The translations under genes were made by a program, and so were the position numbers. Source: Faecousia sp. (lineage in GTDB: Bacteria; Bacillota; Clostridia; Oscillospirales; Oscillospiraceae). From it: a DNA stretch of 36,764 nt. The notes beneath the pieces are model-generated. The model had not been told where the DNA came from and did not search any database. It saw only the letters and a program-made list of their open reading frames with translations. The number at the start of each line of letters is the position of its first letter. Within the stretch, counting starts at the first letter, position 1. The stretch is taken from assembly GCA_045580465.1 (NCBI GenBank), contig JAZNNV010000250.1:1-36764 (forward strand), in the 5' to 3' direction. Shown piece after piece: positions 18,601 through 26,961 of the stretch.

Positions 18601-20936
18601 ACGCCTTCGATCGCCATGGAAACTTTTACCTTCCACTCTTCTCCGGCGTTGAAGGTGAAGGGGGCATCCTTCTCGCAGGCAGGTGCCATCTTGGTGACAG
18701 AGTAGTAACTGCCCATCAGATCCTTGTTTTCCATAGGATCCATTTCCATGGTGTTGGTACCGAACTGGATATTCAGCTGACCGGTGATAGAGCCGGCAGC
18801 CATAACGTCTTCGTTCTTCAGGGTACTGCCATCCAGATACATCAGGGCGGTGATGCGCTTTGCTTCGTTCCGATCCAGACGGGTCACGTAGTATTCCTCG
18901 TTCTGTCCGTTGACGTTGATCGCCGGATTGGGGAACAGACGCAGAGGCACGATCACACGACCAGACTCCTCAATAGGATTCTCCGCATCCAGATAAGCAC
19001 GTGCCAGCAGCTTGTAATCTTCATCGATGAAGGCAATGCGCATGGCAGAAAGCAGCTTCTTGATCTGCTCCTGATCTTCCGCGGATTCCGGATAGAAGGT
19101 ATAGCAGCTGCCGGAGCCCTGCGTGATGCCGGTGGTTCCGGGAGGAAGGATGATATCGCTGCTGCCATCATCCATATCGGACCAGACGCGGTTGACACCG
19201 CCATAACCGATGGTCACTTTTTCCGTGTTCAGCTTAGGATTGTCTTCCGTGATCGTGGCACCCGGCACTGCATCCAGCAGCGGTTGATGAGTTTTGGTGA
19301 TAAACCATTTTTCCTCATCGCCAACCATCCTTTTGTAAACGAGGACTGTCTCCTCCTTGCCATCCTTGGTATAAGTATAGGTATAGCTGTCGACTTCGTT
19401 GTTATCGGAGTCGTAATCCTTCAGAGGACGATCTTCCGTAATGACATCACCCTCCAGGATCAGCAATGCGTTATCCTGATTGGTACGCACCCAAAGGTCG
19501 ATTGCCATCGCGTAGATTTCTGCCGCGGTGGCTTCTTTGTTGAGGTTGCTGGTGTTGTCCAGCTTTTTGATCATCTCATAGTCGGTAACCGTGTAAGAGG
19601 GTACCTTGTTTACCGTATAGTGCGCTGCTGTGTGGACATAGGGATGCATCGTGACCGATGCAAGACCTGCCACCGAAACTGTAACGGAAAGATCCCGTCT
19701 GCTATCCACATAGAAGTCGCAGGTAAGGAACTGGTCAAGGTCCTTGAGCAGACCTCTGTGGATGACCGCAGGCACCACGTCCCAACCTCTGACTTCGTTG
19801 ACGAAGCCCATATCAATGTCCAATGTGCCCGGGCCGGTCTTGATCTTTGACTTCAGTTCCGAAATGGTATAGCCGTTGACCGTTGCATAGTTCATATTAC
19901 AAAGAACGTTGGCATAGGTCGAAATGTCATTCCAATAGACCGGCTCATTTGCCTCTTCCTTTGCATATGCAGCTTTGAAGCCGTTCAGGACCGTCTGTAC
20001 GTTGGCGTACAGCGATCTGTACGCTGTATAGTATTTAATATCCTTCACATATTTGGAAGGAATCTTGTTCGCGATCACATCATCGACTGTGTAAGGATCA
20101 TAATCATCAACATTTTGCAGTGTTTTGAAATAAAACACGTTTGCCATCTCGGCATAAGCCTCGCCCAGTATTTTGATGATCCGCTCAAGCTCCGTTGTCA
20201 TTTCGACCAGATTCTTCATCTCGTCGCTGATGTCCACCGGATCGTTCTTCATCTGGATGTTTGCATATTCCTGCACCAGTCTGTAAACCGACTGCATGTA
20301 GGCATTTTTGCCGTAAAGCTGCTTGAAGTCAGTGCTGGCTTCCGTATACTTGGTGAAGATCGTATTGATCATTGAGTCAAGGAAGTAATCAGCGCCTGCC
20401 TGCTTGTAGGTCACCGAGGAAATACCACGGACGCCGTACCGCATATTCTTCTGGACCTTGAACTCCCTTGAGGTAATATCGAAGCTGCTGTAGGCAAAAT
20501 CCGTCATGGTGCTTTCGATACGGCCGTCCTCGCCATAGTACACTGCGTTGATCGGAGATGTGGCCAGATTATTGGTATCCAGCGATGCCGGACGCAGCGT
20601 GATATGCGACAGACCATAGCTCTCACTGGACAGATTGACCAGGTTACCCCAGGTCAGGTTCGTCAGGGTAATATCCCGACCGCCGTCGCCCACGGCAGTA
20701 TCATTCGGCTGCAGCCCCTCCGGTCCGGACAGCGCGATCTCCAGGTTGCCGTTGGTGGTGACCGTGGTCATGATGCTGGAAACCTCAGGGCTGCGGGACA
20801 AGGTCATCCACGCAAAGGTGGACGAGGTCATCATGGCAACCGAAATCACCAGCAACAGCAGTACAGCTGTTACACGCTCCTTCATATGGGGCAATTGCTT
20901 CTGATACGCCTTAATTCGCTTGTTGGTCTCTGTCAT
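15642..20936 (-). CDS. Giant SipW-processed surface protein (fibre scaffold domain plus tandem beta-sandwich extension); candidate tip adhesin
   Basis: Signal VISVAMMTSSTFA|WMTLSRSPEV; clear paralogy with the 32421-35444 protein (NGNLEIAL, TWGNL.NL, YG.DGRI, RTN, YLDG, N.QF); no C-terminal anchor. RBS GAGGAGG. Confidence 0.75.
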   Translation of the reverse strand: MTETNKRIKAYQKQLPHMKERVTAVLLLLVISVAMMTSSTFAWMTLSRSPEVSSIMTTVTTNGNLEIALSGPEGLQPNDTAVGDGGRDITLTNLTWGNLVNLSSESYGLSHITLRPASLDTNNLATSPINAVYYGEDGRIESTMTDFAYSSFDITSREFKVQKNMRYGVRGISSVTYKQAGADYFLDSMINTIFTKYTEASTDFKQLYGKNAYMQSVYRLVQEYANIQMKNDPVDISDEMKNLVEMTTELERIIKILGEAYAEMANVFYFKTLQNVDDYDPYTVDDVIANKIPSKYVKDIKYYTAYRSLYANVQTVLNGFKAAYAKEEANEPVYWNDISTYANVLCNMNYATVNGYTISELKSKIKTGPGTLDIDMGFVNEVRGWDVVPAVIHRGLLKDLDQFLTCDFYVDSRRDLSVTVSVAGLASVTMHPYVHTAAHYTVNKVPSYTVTDYEMIKKLDNTSNLNKEATAAEIYAMAIDLWVRTNQDNALLILEGDVITEDRPLKDYDSDNNEVDSYTYTYTKDGKEETVLVYKRMVGDEEKWFITKTHQPLLDAVPGATITEDNPKLNTEKVTIGYGGVNRVWSDMDDGSSDIILPPGTTGITQGSGSCYTFYPESAEDQEQIKKLLSAMRIAFIDEDYKLLARAYLDAENPIEESGRVIVPLRLFPNPAINVNGQNEEYYVTRLDRNEAKRITALMYLDGSTLKNEDVMAAGSITGQLNIQFGTNTMEMDPMENKDLMGSYYSVTKMAPACEKDAPFTFNAGEEWKVKVSMAIEGVKPTKVVGNFLSVINATQGAKQAEFELIRNPQNGYYEAMVPFEAAGNYQLRSIQIDGVDYPLGEENIVYVTAPGMNVSKLEWEPGNAAITKTHLTADTAYTQVMNLELGSDDGQVHTVQGVFLGDNGKSVTVNFKHTNGISYTGEANFKNTGIYKMTYLYIDGTLTALSPEKYKTIDVKLGLRAEVRLSSPVFDDSVTQEEQERILSQLEFTPGIGYSFIYNGEKPLYFDIVCVIHDDNNQPVEGLDGLTLYYGQGTTVNALSTPIEWNGKEYVERLDFSGHGVFNFSFIHLEDMGYITQASMAHGITSIPADPMEYVGTGLPDNGLIVDIGGERIISLSLKNAAAAKLLLDVKDEDGNIYTLTPTSRSQSAADGITTFNFTMPVNMARSNTVNGDGEWTIVGVKAGTVFYDDVFYAGSDEDETTWLDLMPMMKAANSNMTVKFITEATINLEITGAVEDANKNQIFDLGSGTIGKEFKLPSAALKVTFTAYDGKNIAEYAAQAGIQLDISATGSYTWNVNTAKTNGIPASVNISGNGVFGAQNDTLLLQVDPFTVDGIWKLNQQTQLKITLDGKEYTISSLPNVKVTWDKPTVEVTGTDPKPGTQKRVYTVKKPTSATQAMTGDFFKYTKFKATVYIHTPVSGGGYDQEAAEAYAPNVTLKVTGIPSNATATMVFTSPNTDSANSTFNFANGTATASVGRAVNGERGWFGVDKYPECYPAGLMKQNKISVTFGTVTYEIELTDTVTIDQPLSPTALVFAGVPADYSGSIAVPGQVLGEGSAVTVTLPEVMSWTATIEKPKDGTWSAYTPVETLNEVNGADTRLYSYTTWTVKSTCSSTTYYTYQYYNWTKFESHITAETDIYEQDKQITQWLINGKYYNAGKTVTVEGQGILTATARVVNIGTERYVKTTEQTSYKYLYGYVAETKVTKTETAPDMTRKLLGTVGNAENSALTSPKLAVPATANAATDTPGTNMTKDAALFANYQ

Positions 20937-20975
20937 AGAAAACGCCTCCTCACTGGTTCATACGTGCGTCATCGG

Positions 20976-22184
20976 TTAATAGCAGACGAAAAGAGGAATT
21001 TCGTAGCTGCTTATCACAACACCGTCGAAAATTCGCTGCAGCGTCAGGCGATACGCGCCTGCCGGTGCTGTGCCACTATCATTCGAAATAACGAGTACGG
21101 ATCGGGATTCTCCGTTGCTGTCATTCGTTGTTTCCATGGTTACGTTCAGCTGCTCACTTGCGGTATAGGCGATGATGCCGTCCGCTTTTGTAAGCTGCTC
21201 GAGGGTATATGCAAAGCCCTCCACATCGCCCGCAACGCTGATTTTCACCTGCGTGCCGGTCTTGAGGATATAGCCTTGTGCATCCGCATCCACCTGCAGA
21301 GGCTGGCGGTCAGCGGATACATTTGTATTGGCAACTGCGATCTCCGCGCCATCGGCATAGGCAACTGCCGAGAGCAGGAAGCTGTTGCGGTAAAGTGCTT
21401 CTTCTGTCCACTCGAAATCCAGAAGCACAGCGATCTCCTGACGACCCTTTGCTGAAATGGAGATCATGTTATCGTCGCCCAGAACGCGGGGTTCTTCTCC
21501 GACGATGCAATAACGGGTATTGGCGGGAAATTCCATGCCTTCATAGCTTAAAAGCACGGTGTCTGTGCCCTCCGGCAGGGTCAGCTTCAGCGCCAAAGCC
21601 TCTTCCCACGAAAAAGCATCGGGGCAGGAAAGTTTCATTTCCTCACGGGCGCGGGGCTCATTTTCCAAGATCGTGACATTTGCATTGGGCAGCAGGTTGA
21701 CGGTGAAATCCGCCCAGACTGTGCTGTTGGCAGGATCTTCACCCGCCGGTGTCCAGATCAGACGGACGGTAGCAGTGGTCTGCTCTTCCAGCAGAGCTGC
21801 TTTTTCAGTTCTTGCGATGGTCAGCGTGGCGTAGTTTTCAACCGCGCCGACAGTAAAGCTGTCCTGATCCACTGTCGCGGTGAGCAGGTCAGACTCCGGT
21901 TGGCAGGAAAGTGTGCCGGAAAGATCGCCGCCCTTTGCCAGCAGCCGGACATCCAGCACCCGGTAGGAGGATGCGGAAACATCCCAGTCGCTGAGCAGGA
22001 CTGTCTGTCCGCCCTCTGCCAGAAAATTACTTTCCAGCATCGGTTTCTGCGGCATATAAATGCCCTTCCATGACACGGTGTTGTCATAACGGGCTTGTGT
22101 CTGACCGATGCCAAGTGTCATTACGAGGGCAGCCGCACAAGCCAAAGCACCAAGGGTACATGCGATGTGCTTATTTGGTTTCAT
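20976..22184 (-). CDS. Secreted protein with a SipW-type signal peptide (GQTQA|RY); beta-rich
   Basis: Basic N-terminus, hydrophobic stretch, TQA|RYD; RBS AAGGAGG; 402 aa. Confidence 0.65.
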   Translation of the reverse strand: MKPNKHIACTLGALACAAALVMTLGIGQTQARYDNTVSWKGIYMPQKPMLESNFLAEGGQTVLLSDWDVSASSYRVLDVRLLAKGGDLSGTLSCQPESDLLTATVDQDSFTVGAVENYATLTIARTEKAALLEEQTTATVRLIWTPAGEDPANSTVWADFTVNLLPNANVTILENEPRAREEMKLSCPDAFSWEEALALKLTLPEGTDTVLLSYEGMEFPANTRYCIVGEEPRVLGDDNMISISAKGRQEIAVLLDFEWTEEALYRNSFLLSAVAYADGAEIAVANTNVSADRQPLQVDADAQGYILKTGTQVKISVAGDVEGFAYTLEQLTKADGIIAYTASEQLNVTMETTNDSNGESRSVLVISNDSGTAPAGAYRLTLQRIFDGVVISSYEIPLFVCY

Positions 22185-22210
22185 GAGCGGATCCCTCCTT
22201 TCTTTTTCGG

Positions 22211-22837
22211 TCAGGCTGCGGGGACTTGTGTCACCTGCAGGTCAAGCAAGGTCGCGGGAACTGCGCCGGTCACAGTAACCGTAAAGTTCCGATAATCAAA
22301 TGCTTCGCCGCTGAGGGAAAAGCGCAGCTGCGTTTCTCCATCCGGGAAGCTGTATGCCCAGCCATCGCCGAAGGCGCTGTGCTGAAAGGAGCCCGACGCG
22401 ATGGGTGTCGCCTCTGCCGTAACGGAAACAGGATTCCCCTGCTCATCCGTATAGGAAAGCACCACCGACAGATTTTCGGCATTTTCTGCCGTCAAGCCAA
22501 CGGCAAGGGAGATCACAAAGGTCTGCTCCTGCTTTCGGTATTCCGTCGGCGTGCCGTTGGAAACGCTGAAACGCAGCTGTGCGCCGCTTTCTGTCTGCTC
22601 CCACGTGCCGGAAGTGGCGGGAAGATTGCCGGAGCTGACCAGATCCTCGGAAAGGTGCGCGCCGTACATTGTCAGCCCGGAGCTGTTTTCCGGGGTGAAG
22701 AAGTAGGATGCCTGGGCAAATTCCCACTGGTACCGGGCATAGGTGATGCCCACCGCCGCGACGGCGCAGACCAGCAGGAGCGGGAGTGCAAGGCACAGGG
22801 CAGCTTTTGTGCTGAACACACGTTTGAACTTTTCCAT
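22211..22837 (-). CDS. Small secreted protein with a SipW-type signal peptide (GITYA|RY); candidate minor fibre subunit
   Basis: LLLVCAVAAVGITYA|RYQ; beta-rich and ends in a single strand (LLDLQVTQ); RBS GAAGGAG. Confidence 0.65.
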   Translation of the reverse strand: MEKFKRVFSTKAALCLALPLLLVCAVAAVGITYARYQWEFAQASYFFTPENSSGLTMYGAHLSEDLVSSGNLPATSGTWEQTESGAQLRFSVSNGTPTEYRKQEQTFVISLAVGLTAENAENLSVVLSYTDEQGNPVSVTAEATPIASGSFQHSAFGDGWAYSFPDGETQLRFSLSGEAFDYRNFTVTVTGAVPATLLDLQVTQVPAA

Positions 22838-22854
22838 GCCCGCGCTCCTTCCTG

Positions 22855-24837
22855 TTAATTTTCCTTGGTGACGAGGTATTTGCCGTCCGATTGGGTGCAG
22901 CTGCAGCCCTTTTCCAGATAGGCGGTCACATCCGAATCAAAGGTGCCGCCGGAGATGGAGATCCTGACGTGGGGTGCATCCGGGTACACACGCACGGCGT
23001 ATGCGGAGGATGCCACGTGGGTGATCTCACTTTCGCCCATGACAGTCAGGGAAATGGGATACTGGTAATCGGACTCGATGTAGATGCCGTCGCCGGTGTC
23101 CTGATAGCCGCTGGCCGCGGGACCCGTGACGTTGGGATCGACCACATCATCATCCGTGCCTGTGCCGGAGATCTTACTGTCGATCACGGTGATCTCACCG
23201 CCCTTGATGGCGATGCCCGTCATGCCGGATACGGTACTGCCGCTGATGGTCATATCGCTCCGGGACTGGGGATGGTAGATACCGGCATAAAAACCTGTGA
23301 CCGTGCTGTCAATGATTTGAATGTCCGTACCCCAACGACCCGGATTTGTCGCTGTGCCGTTGCCCATGACCGCAATATAGCCTTCGCTGTTGAGAACACT
23401 GTTCTGAATCAGAAGCGTGGTCTTCTCTTCAGAAGCCGTACCGTCGCCGGAAATGAAAACGGTGATATCGTAGGTATTCAGGGTGCTGTTTGTAATGCGG
23501 ATCTCAGAATTGGCACCCTCGGCATTTGTTGTCTTGTAATCATCAACGAGGAATGCCTCGTACACATCCGATATATTGACCCCATTGATCGCAATACGTC
23601 CGCCAACGCTGTGGAAAGCCGACGTGGTCTTTTCTTCGCCGCGGAGGTTGCCGTTCAGCACCGTCAGCTGTGCATTCTCCTGCACTTCGAAGATATATCT
23701 GCTGGCGGGTGCAGTGATCTGGTTGCCGTTCAGGTCGAGGGTCGCCTGCTTGCCGCTTTCCAGCACCAGCGGCTCGGTCAGCACGATGTCCTGAGACAGC
23801 TGAATGACCTGACCGTCGTTGGCGTTCAGCGCATTGAGCAGCGCACTTTGGTCGCCTACCTGCTGGACTTGCTGCAGCCACTGCTCACCGGTGACGGTGA
23901 TGCGTGCCTGAAATTTATTTGTAGACTGATTGGCGCCGCTGCCGAAATCGGTGTCCCATGCGGTGTTGCGGGCGATCTCGTCCTTTTTGCAAAGGCAGAG
24001 CCAGATGTTATTTTCTTCGTCGATGGGATACCAGCCGTAGGTGGTCTGCACCGCTTCGCCCTTTTCATCCACCAGCACTTTTGCGCCGCCGGGTCCTTCC
24101 GTCACCTGATAGGCGCCGGGATAACCGTCAGTTGCGGTCAGGCTTGCGAGGAAGGTGGCAACATCGGTATTGGCATCCACCATGACGAGGTTGCCCTCGG
24201 CATCATAAAGTGCGTTGTCATAAGAATATTCCACAGGTCTGAGGTACTCCTCCACCCGGTATTCTTCTCCGTCCTTTGTCAGGCGGAAATAGTAGCCCAC
24301 CACATCGTAGACCCATTCCCACTTCAGCTGCACGTCGGTGTGGATCAGCTCCTCCAAAATCAGCGCATCCCCGGGGAACAGCCCATAGGAATAGCCGCCG
24401 GCATTGGTCAGATATTGCTTGCGCACCGTTTCGCCGTTGATCACGGCAGACTTGTCCGCGTAGAAATAGACGCGCTTTTGCAGCTCCGTGTCCATGAACG
24501 CCTTGGAGATCGTGACCGTTGCGAGGCTCGGCACCTCGCCGGTATTCTCCAAACGCAGGGATACGATGCCGCTGTCGCCCGGCGCAGCCTTGATCGGCTC
24601 GCCCGGTACGTTGACGCTGCCGTCAAAGCCCCATGCTTCCGCACGGAAGGTCAGATCGTCCGCACCGATGACGTTTGTAAACCACGCAGTGGTCATCGCA
24701 AACAGCAGAACGCTGGTTACCAGCGCAACCAATACGATCAGCGCGCCCTGCTTGATCAGTCTTATTTTTGCAGCCTCGACCCGTTCATTGCTGTTGCTGC
24801 GAATCAGACTGATTCTCTGTATGAACTTTTTCAGCAC
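22855..24837 (-). CDS. SipW-type secreted protein with a C-terminal right-handed beta-helix (pectin-lyase-like fold)
   Basis: LLFAMTTA|WFTN signal; TasA-like N-domain (PGDSG.VSLRLENTG); TLDLNGNQI followed by repeated I.I..S.V.G strands. GTG start overlaps the upstream sipW by 53 nt. Confidence 0.7.
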   Translation of the reverse strand: MLKKFIQRISLIRSNSNERVEAAKIRLIKQGALIVLVALVTSVLLFAMTTAWFTNVIGADDLTFRAEAWGFDGSVNVPGEPIKAAPGDSGIVSLRLENTGEVPSLATVTISKAFMDTELQKRVYFYADKSAVINGETVRKQYLTNAGGYSYGLFPGDALILEELIHTDVQLKWEWVYDVVGYYFRLTKDGEEYRVEEYLRPVEYSYDNALYDAEGNLVMVDANTDVATFLASLTATDGYPGAYQVTEGPGGAKVLVDEKGEAVQTTYGWYPIDEENNIWLCLCKKDEIARNTAWDTDFGSGANQSTNKFQARITVTGEQWLQQVQQVGDQSALLNALNANDGQVIQLSQDIVLTEPLVLESGKQATLDLNGNQITAPASRYIFEVQENAQLTVLNGNLRGEEKTTSAFHSVGGRIAINGVNISDVYEAFLVDDYKTTNAEGANSEIRITNSTLNTYDITVFISGDGTASEEKTTLLIQNSVLNSEGYIAVMGNGTATNPGRWGTDIQIIDSTVTGFYAGIYHPQSRSDMTISGSTVSGMTGIAIKGGEITVIDSKISGTGTDDDVVDPNVTGPAASGYQDTGDGIYIESDYQYPISLTVMGESEITHVASSAYAVRVYPDAPHVRISISGGTFDSDVTAYLEKGCSCTQSDGKYLVTKEN

Positions 24838-25591
24838 CTTGATTCAGCTCCTCCAGCAATTCCTTGCGCAGCTGCTCACACAGCTGCCCGTAAGCCTCTT
24901 GTCCCATTTGCTGCTCCAGATCCTCCTTTTGAGGCAGATCCTGCTCATCCAGTTCCTTTTTTAAGGTGTCGATCTCTTTTTTCATCGAGCCTACTGTATC
25001 ACGCAGGATCAGCAGCCCGATCGCCAGACACGGCAGCACGATGCAGATCAGAAATCCCACTTCGCTTGTCAGAAACTGGATCAGATACGCGAAAATGCTT
25101 CCCTTTGCCGTGGCGAAGACCACCTTTCCGATCAGATTTTCCTCATCGACATAGGATCCGTCCGCATACTGGTTGGCATCGCCCTTGGTCTCCAGATAAA
25201 TTTTTCCGCTTGCGTCCTGATGAATGCCGATCACCCGGTGTGTGATCACCACACCGATCATGCCGTTGAGCTTGGAGTGATAATTGATAATGTCGCCCTT
25301 TTGGATCCGGCTGATGTCCGTTTCCTCGGAGATCAGGATCGTACCGATGGACAGCTCCGGCTCCATACTGCCCGTTGCCACCCGGAACAGGCTGTAGCCG
25401 CCGATGGAAATATATCCCTGACTGAGTATCTGACTGATCACAAACACGCACAAAATCAGCGCGATCGCCAGCAGCCCCCAACCCAGTACATTGGCTCTTT
25501 TATGTTTGACATCCGTCTGCTCTGCGTCCGCTTCCACGGGAGCAGGCGGCTGCTTGTTGTCTTCTTCGTTTGAATTTTTTCGGAATATCAT
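24785..25591 (-). CDS. sipW: Signal peptidase I, SipW/Sec11-like (S26B), copy 2
   Basis: VATGSMEP (catalytic Ser), ITHRV (His), TKGDAN..D and IGKV; N- and C-terminal TM helices; cytoplasmic coiled tail. Confidence 0.9.
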   Translation of the reverse strand: MIFRKNSNEEDNKQPPAPVEADAEQTDVKHKRANVLGWGLLAIALILCVFVISQILSQGYISIGGYSLFRVATGSMEPELSIGTILISEETDISRIQKGDIINYHSKLNGMIGVVITHRVIGIHQDASGKIYLETKGDANQYADGSYVDEENLIGKVVFATAKGSIFAYLIQFLTSEVGFLICIVLPCLAIGLLILRDTVGSMKKEIDTLKKELDEQDLPQKEDLEQQMGQEAYGQLCEQLRKELLEELNQGAEKVHTENQSDSQQQQ

Positions 25592-25593
25592 GG

Positions 25594-26940
25594 TTATTTA
25601 CTGTTACTTCCTGCAAATTCCAGATTAACGATCAGGTTCGATGGGGTCTTCTGACCGACACAATCCGCATCCTGACCCTCCAGCCAGATAAACATTCTGA
25701 TGCGCTGCGGAACGTTCTTGGGAAGCACCGCGATCACCGCATCGTCCGTCGCACCTGCCAGCGCGTGCAGCTCCGGCGCATCCGCCGCGACGATCCCGTC
25801 CACCGCCGATGCGTAGAGGTTGTTGGTGTTTTTCACAAAGCCGCCGCGATCGATATAGGGTGCGTACAGACCCTGCAGGCGCTTCTTATAGAATTGTGTC
25901 ACGATCTGCTCGGAGGTCAGCCCGGACAGATCCTTGCCAAAGAATGCAGCGGTAAACTCCTGCTCGAGGAGTGTGGATGCGCCATTTTCCGCCGTTTTCC
26001 AGCGGCTGGCAAGCTGCACGCTCAGCCGATCCTTGATGTCGGTGGGACCCACTGCCCCGTCCACCACCCCAAGAGGGCGGGTGATCAGGTAGCTTTGGTT
26101 TTCCGGCTCCTGCGGATGCAGGTTTCCGTTCGGCTCATAGATGGTGAAAGCGCTTTCCGCGGTGACCGGCTGACCCGGCTCCTGATAGACGCCCATCAGG
26201 CGGGCAAAGCGGTCATCGTAACCGGCGCTTCCGATGTATTTTTGCACATCATCAACGGGTGCCCAGTCCTGATTGATCAGAAAACCGATGCGCACCGATG
26301 CTGCCGCGGCATCATCAGCCGCCACCAGCGTGTAAACGCCGTTTTCGCCCAATGTGGGCTCCATACGGCTGATGACGAAGCTGCCGCTTTCATCCTGACC
26401 GTCGCCGGTGGAAATACGCAGGGTAAAATCTTCAGCCGGCGCAACCACCCAGAAATCCAGATAGATGTAGTTGCCGGTGGTGGAATTGCTCTGCTGCTCA
26501 GGGGTCAGATTGGCGGAGAACAGCGTGTTGTCCACGAAAAAGTCCTCCTGACCCTTTAGCTGACCGGGTCTGGCGGTGCCGTTGCGCACCTCCTCATCGG
26601 TCTCGTCGTAGAAATCAGGCACGATCCAGTTGACACCGTCAGCGGTGGACACCGGCAGAAGTCCTGCCAGCTCCTTGAGATAGCTGTAGGTGTCGTGGCT
26701 TCCAAAGCTCAGATCGGAGCTGAAAATGCCCGGATAGTGGGAAACTGTGCCGTCGGCATTTTCCACGACCTTATCAGGGGCGATCATCAGGGTATTGCTG
26801 CCGCCGATGTTGATCTGAATGCCGTTGATCTCAGGGGTGTTGGAAATGGTCAGCCACGCATAGGTAGACATCGCCACAAGGGACGCTGCCACAGTCAGGG
26901 CAAGGATGGAGGCTATCAACTTGGCAAGTAACTTGTTCAT
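25594..26940 (-). CDS. SipW-processed fibre-scaffold paralogue (448 aa)
   Basis: LVAMSTYA|WLTISNTPEI; LLPVST; YIYLDFWV; SGSFVI; SVRIGF; TIYEPNG; MFIWLEGQDADC; VNLEF at the C-terminus. RBS GGGAGG. Confidence 0.75.
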   Translation of the reverse strand: MNKLLAKLIASILALTVAASLVAMSTYAWLTISNTPEINGIQINIGGSNTLMIAPDKVVENADGTVSHYPGIFSSDLSFGSHDTYSYLKELAGLLPVSTADGVNWIVPDFYDETDEEVRNGTARPGQLKGQEDFFVDNTLFSANLTPEQQSNSTTGNYIYLDFWVVAPAEDFTLRISTGDGQDESGSFVISRMEPTLGENGVYTLVAADDAAAASVRIGFLINQDWAPVDDVQKYIGSAGYDDRFARLMGVYQEPGQPVTAESAFTIYEPNGNLHPQEPENQSYLITRPLGVVDGAVGPTDIKDRLSVQLASRWKTAENGASTLLEQEFTAAFFGKDLSGLTSEQIVTQFYKKRLQGLYAPYIDRGGFVKNTNNLYASAVDGIVAADAPELHALAGATDDAVIAVLPKNVPQRIRMFIWLEGQDADCVGQKTPSNLIVNLEFAGSNSK

Positions 26941-26961
26941 GCTAACCTCCCCGATCCGATT

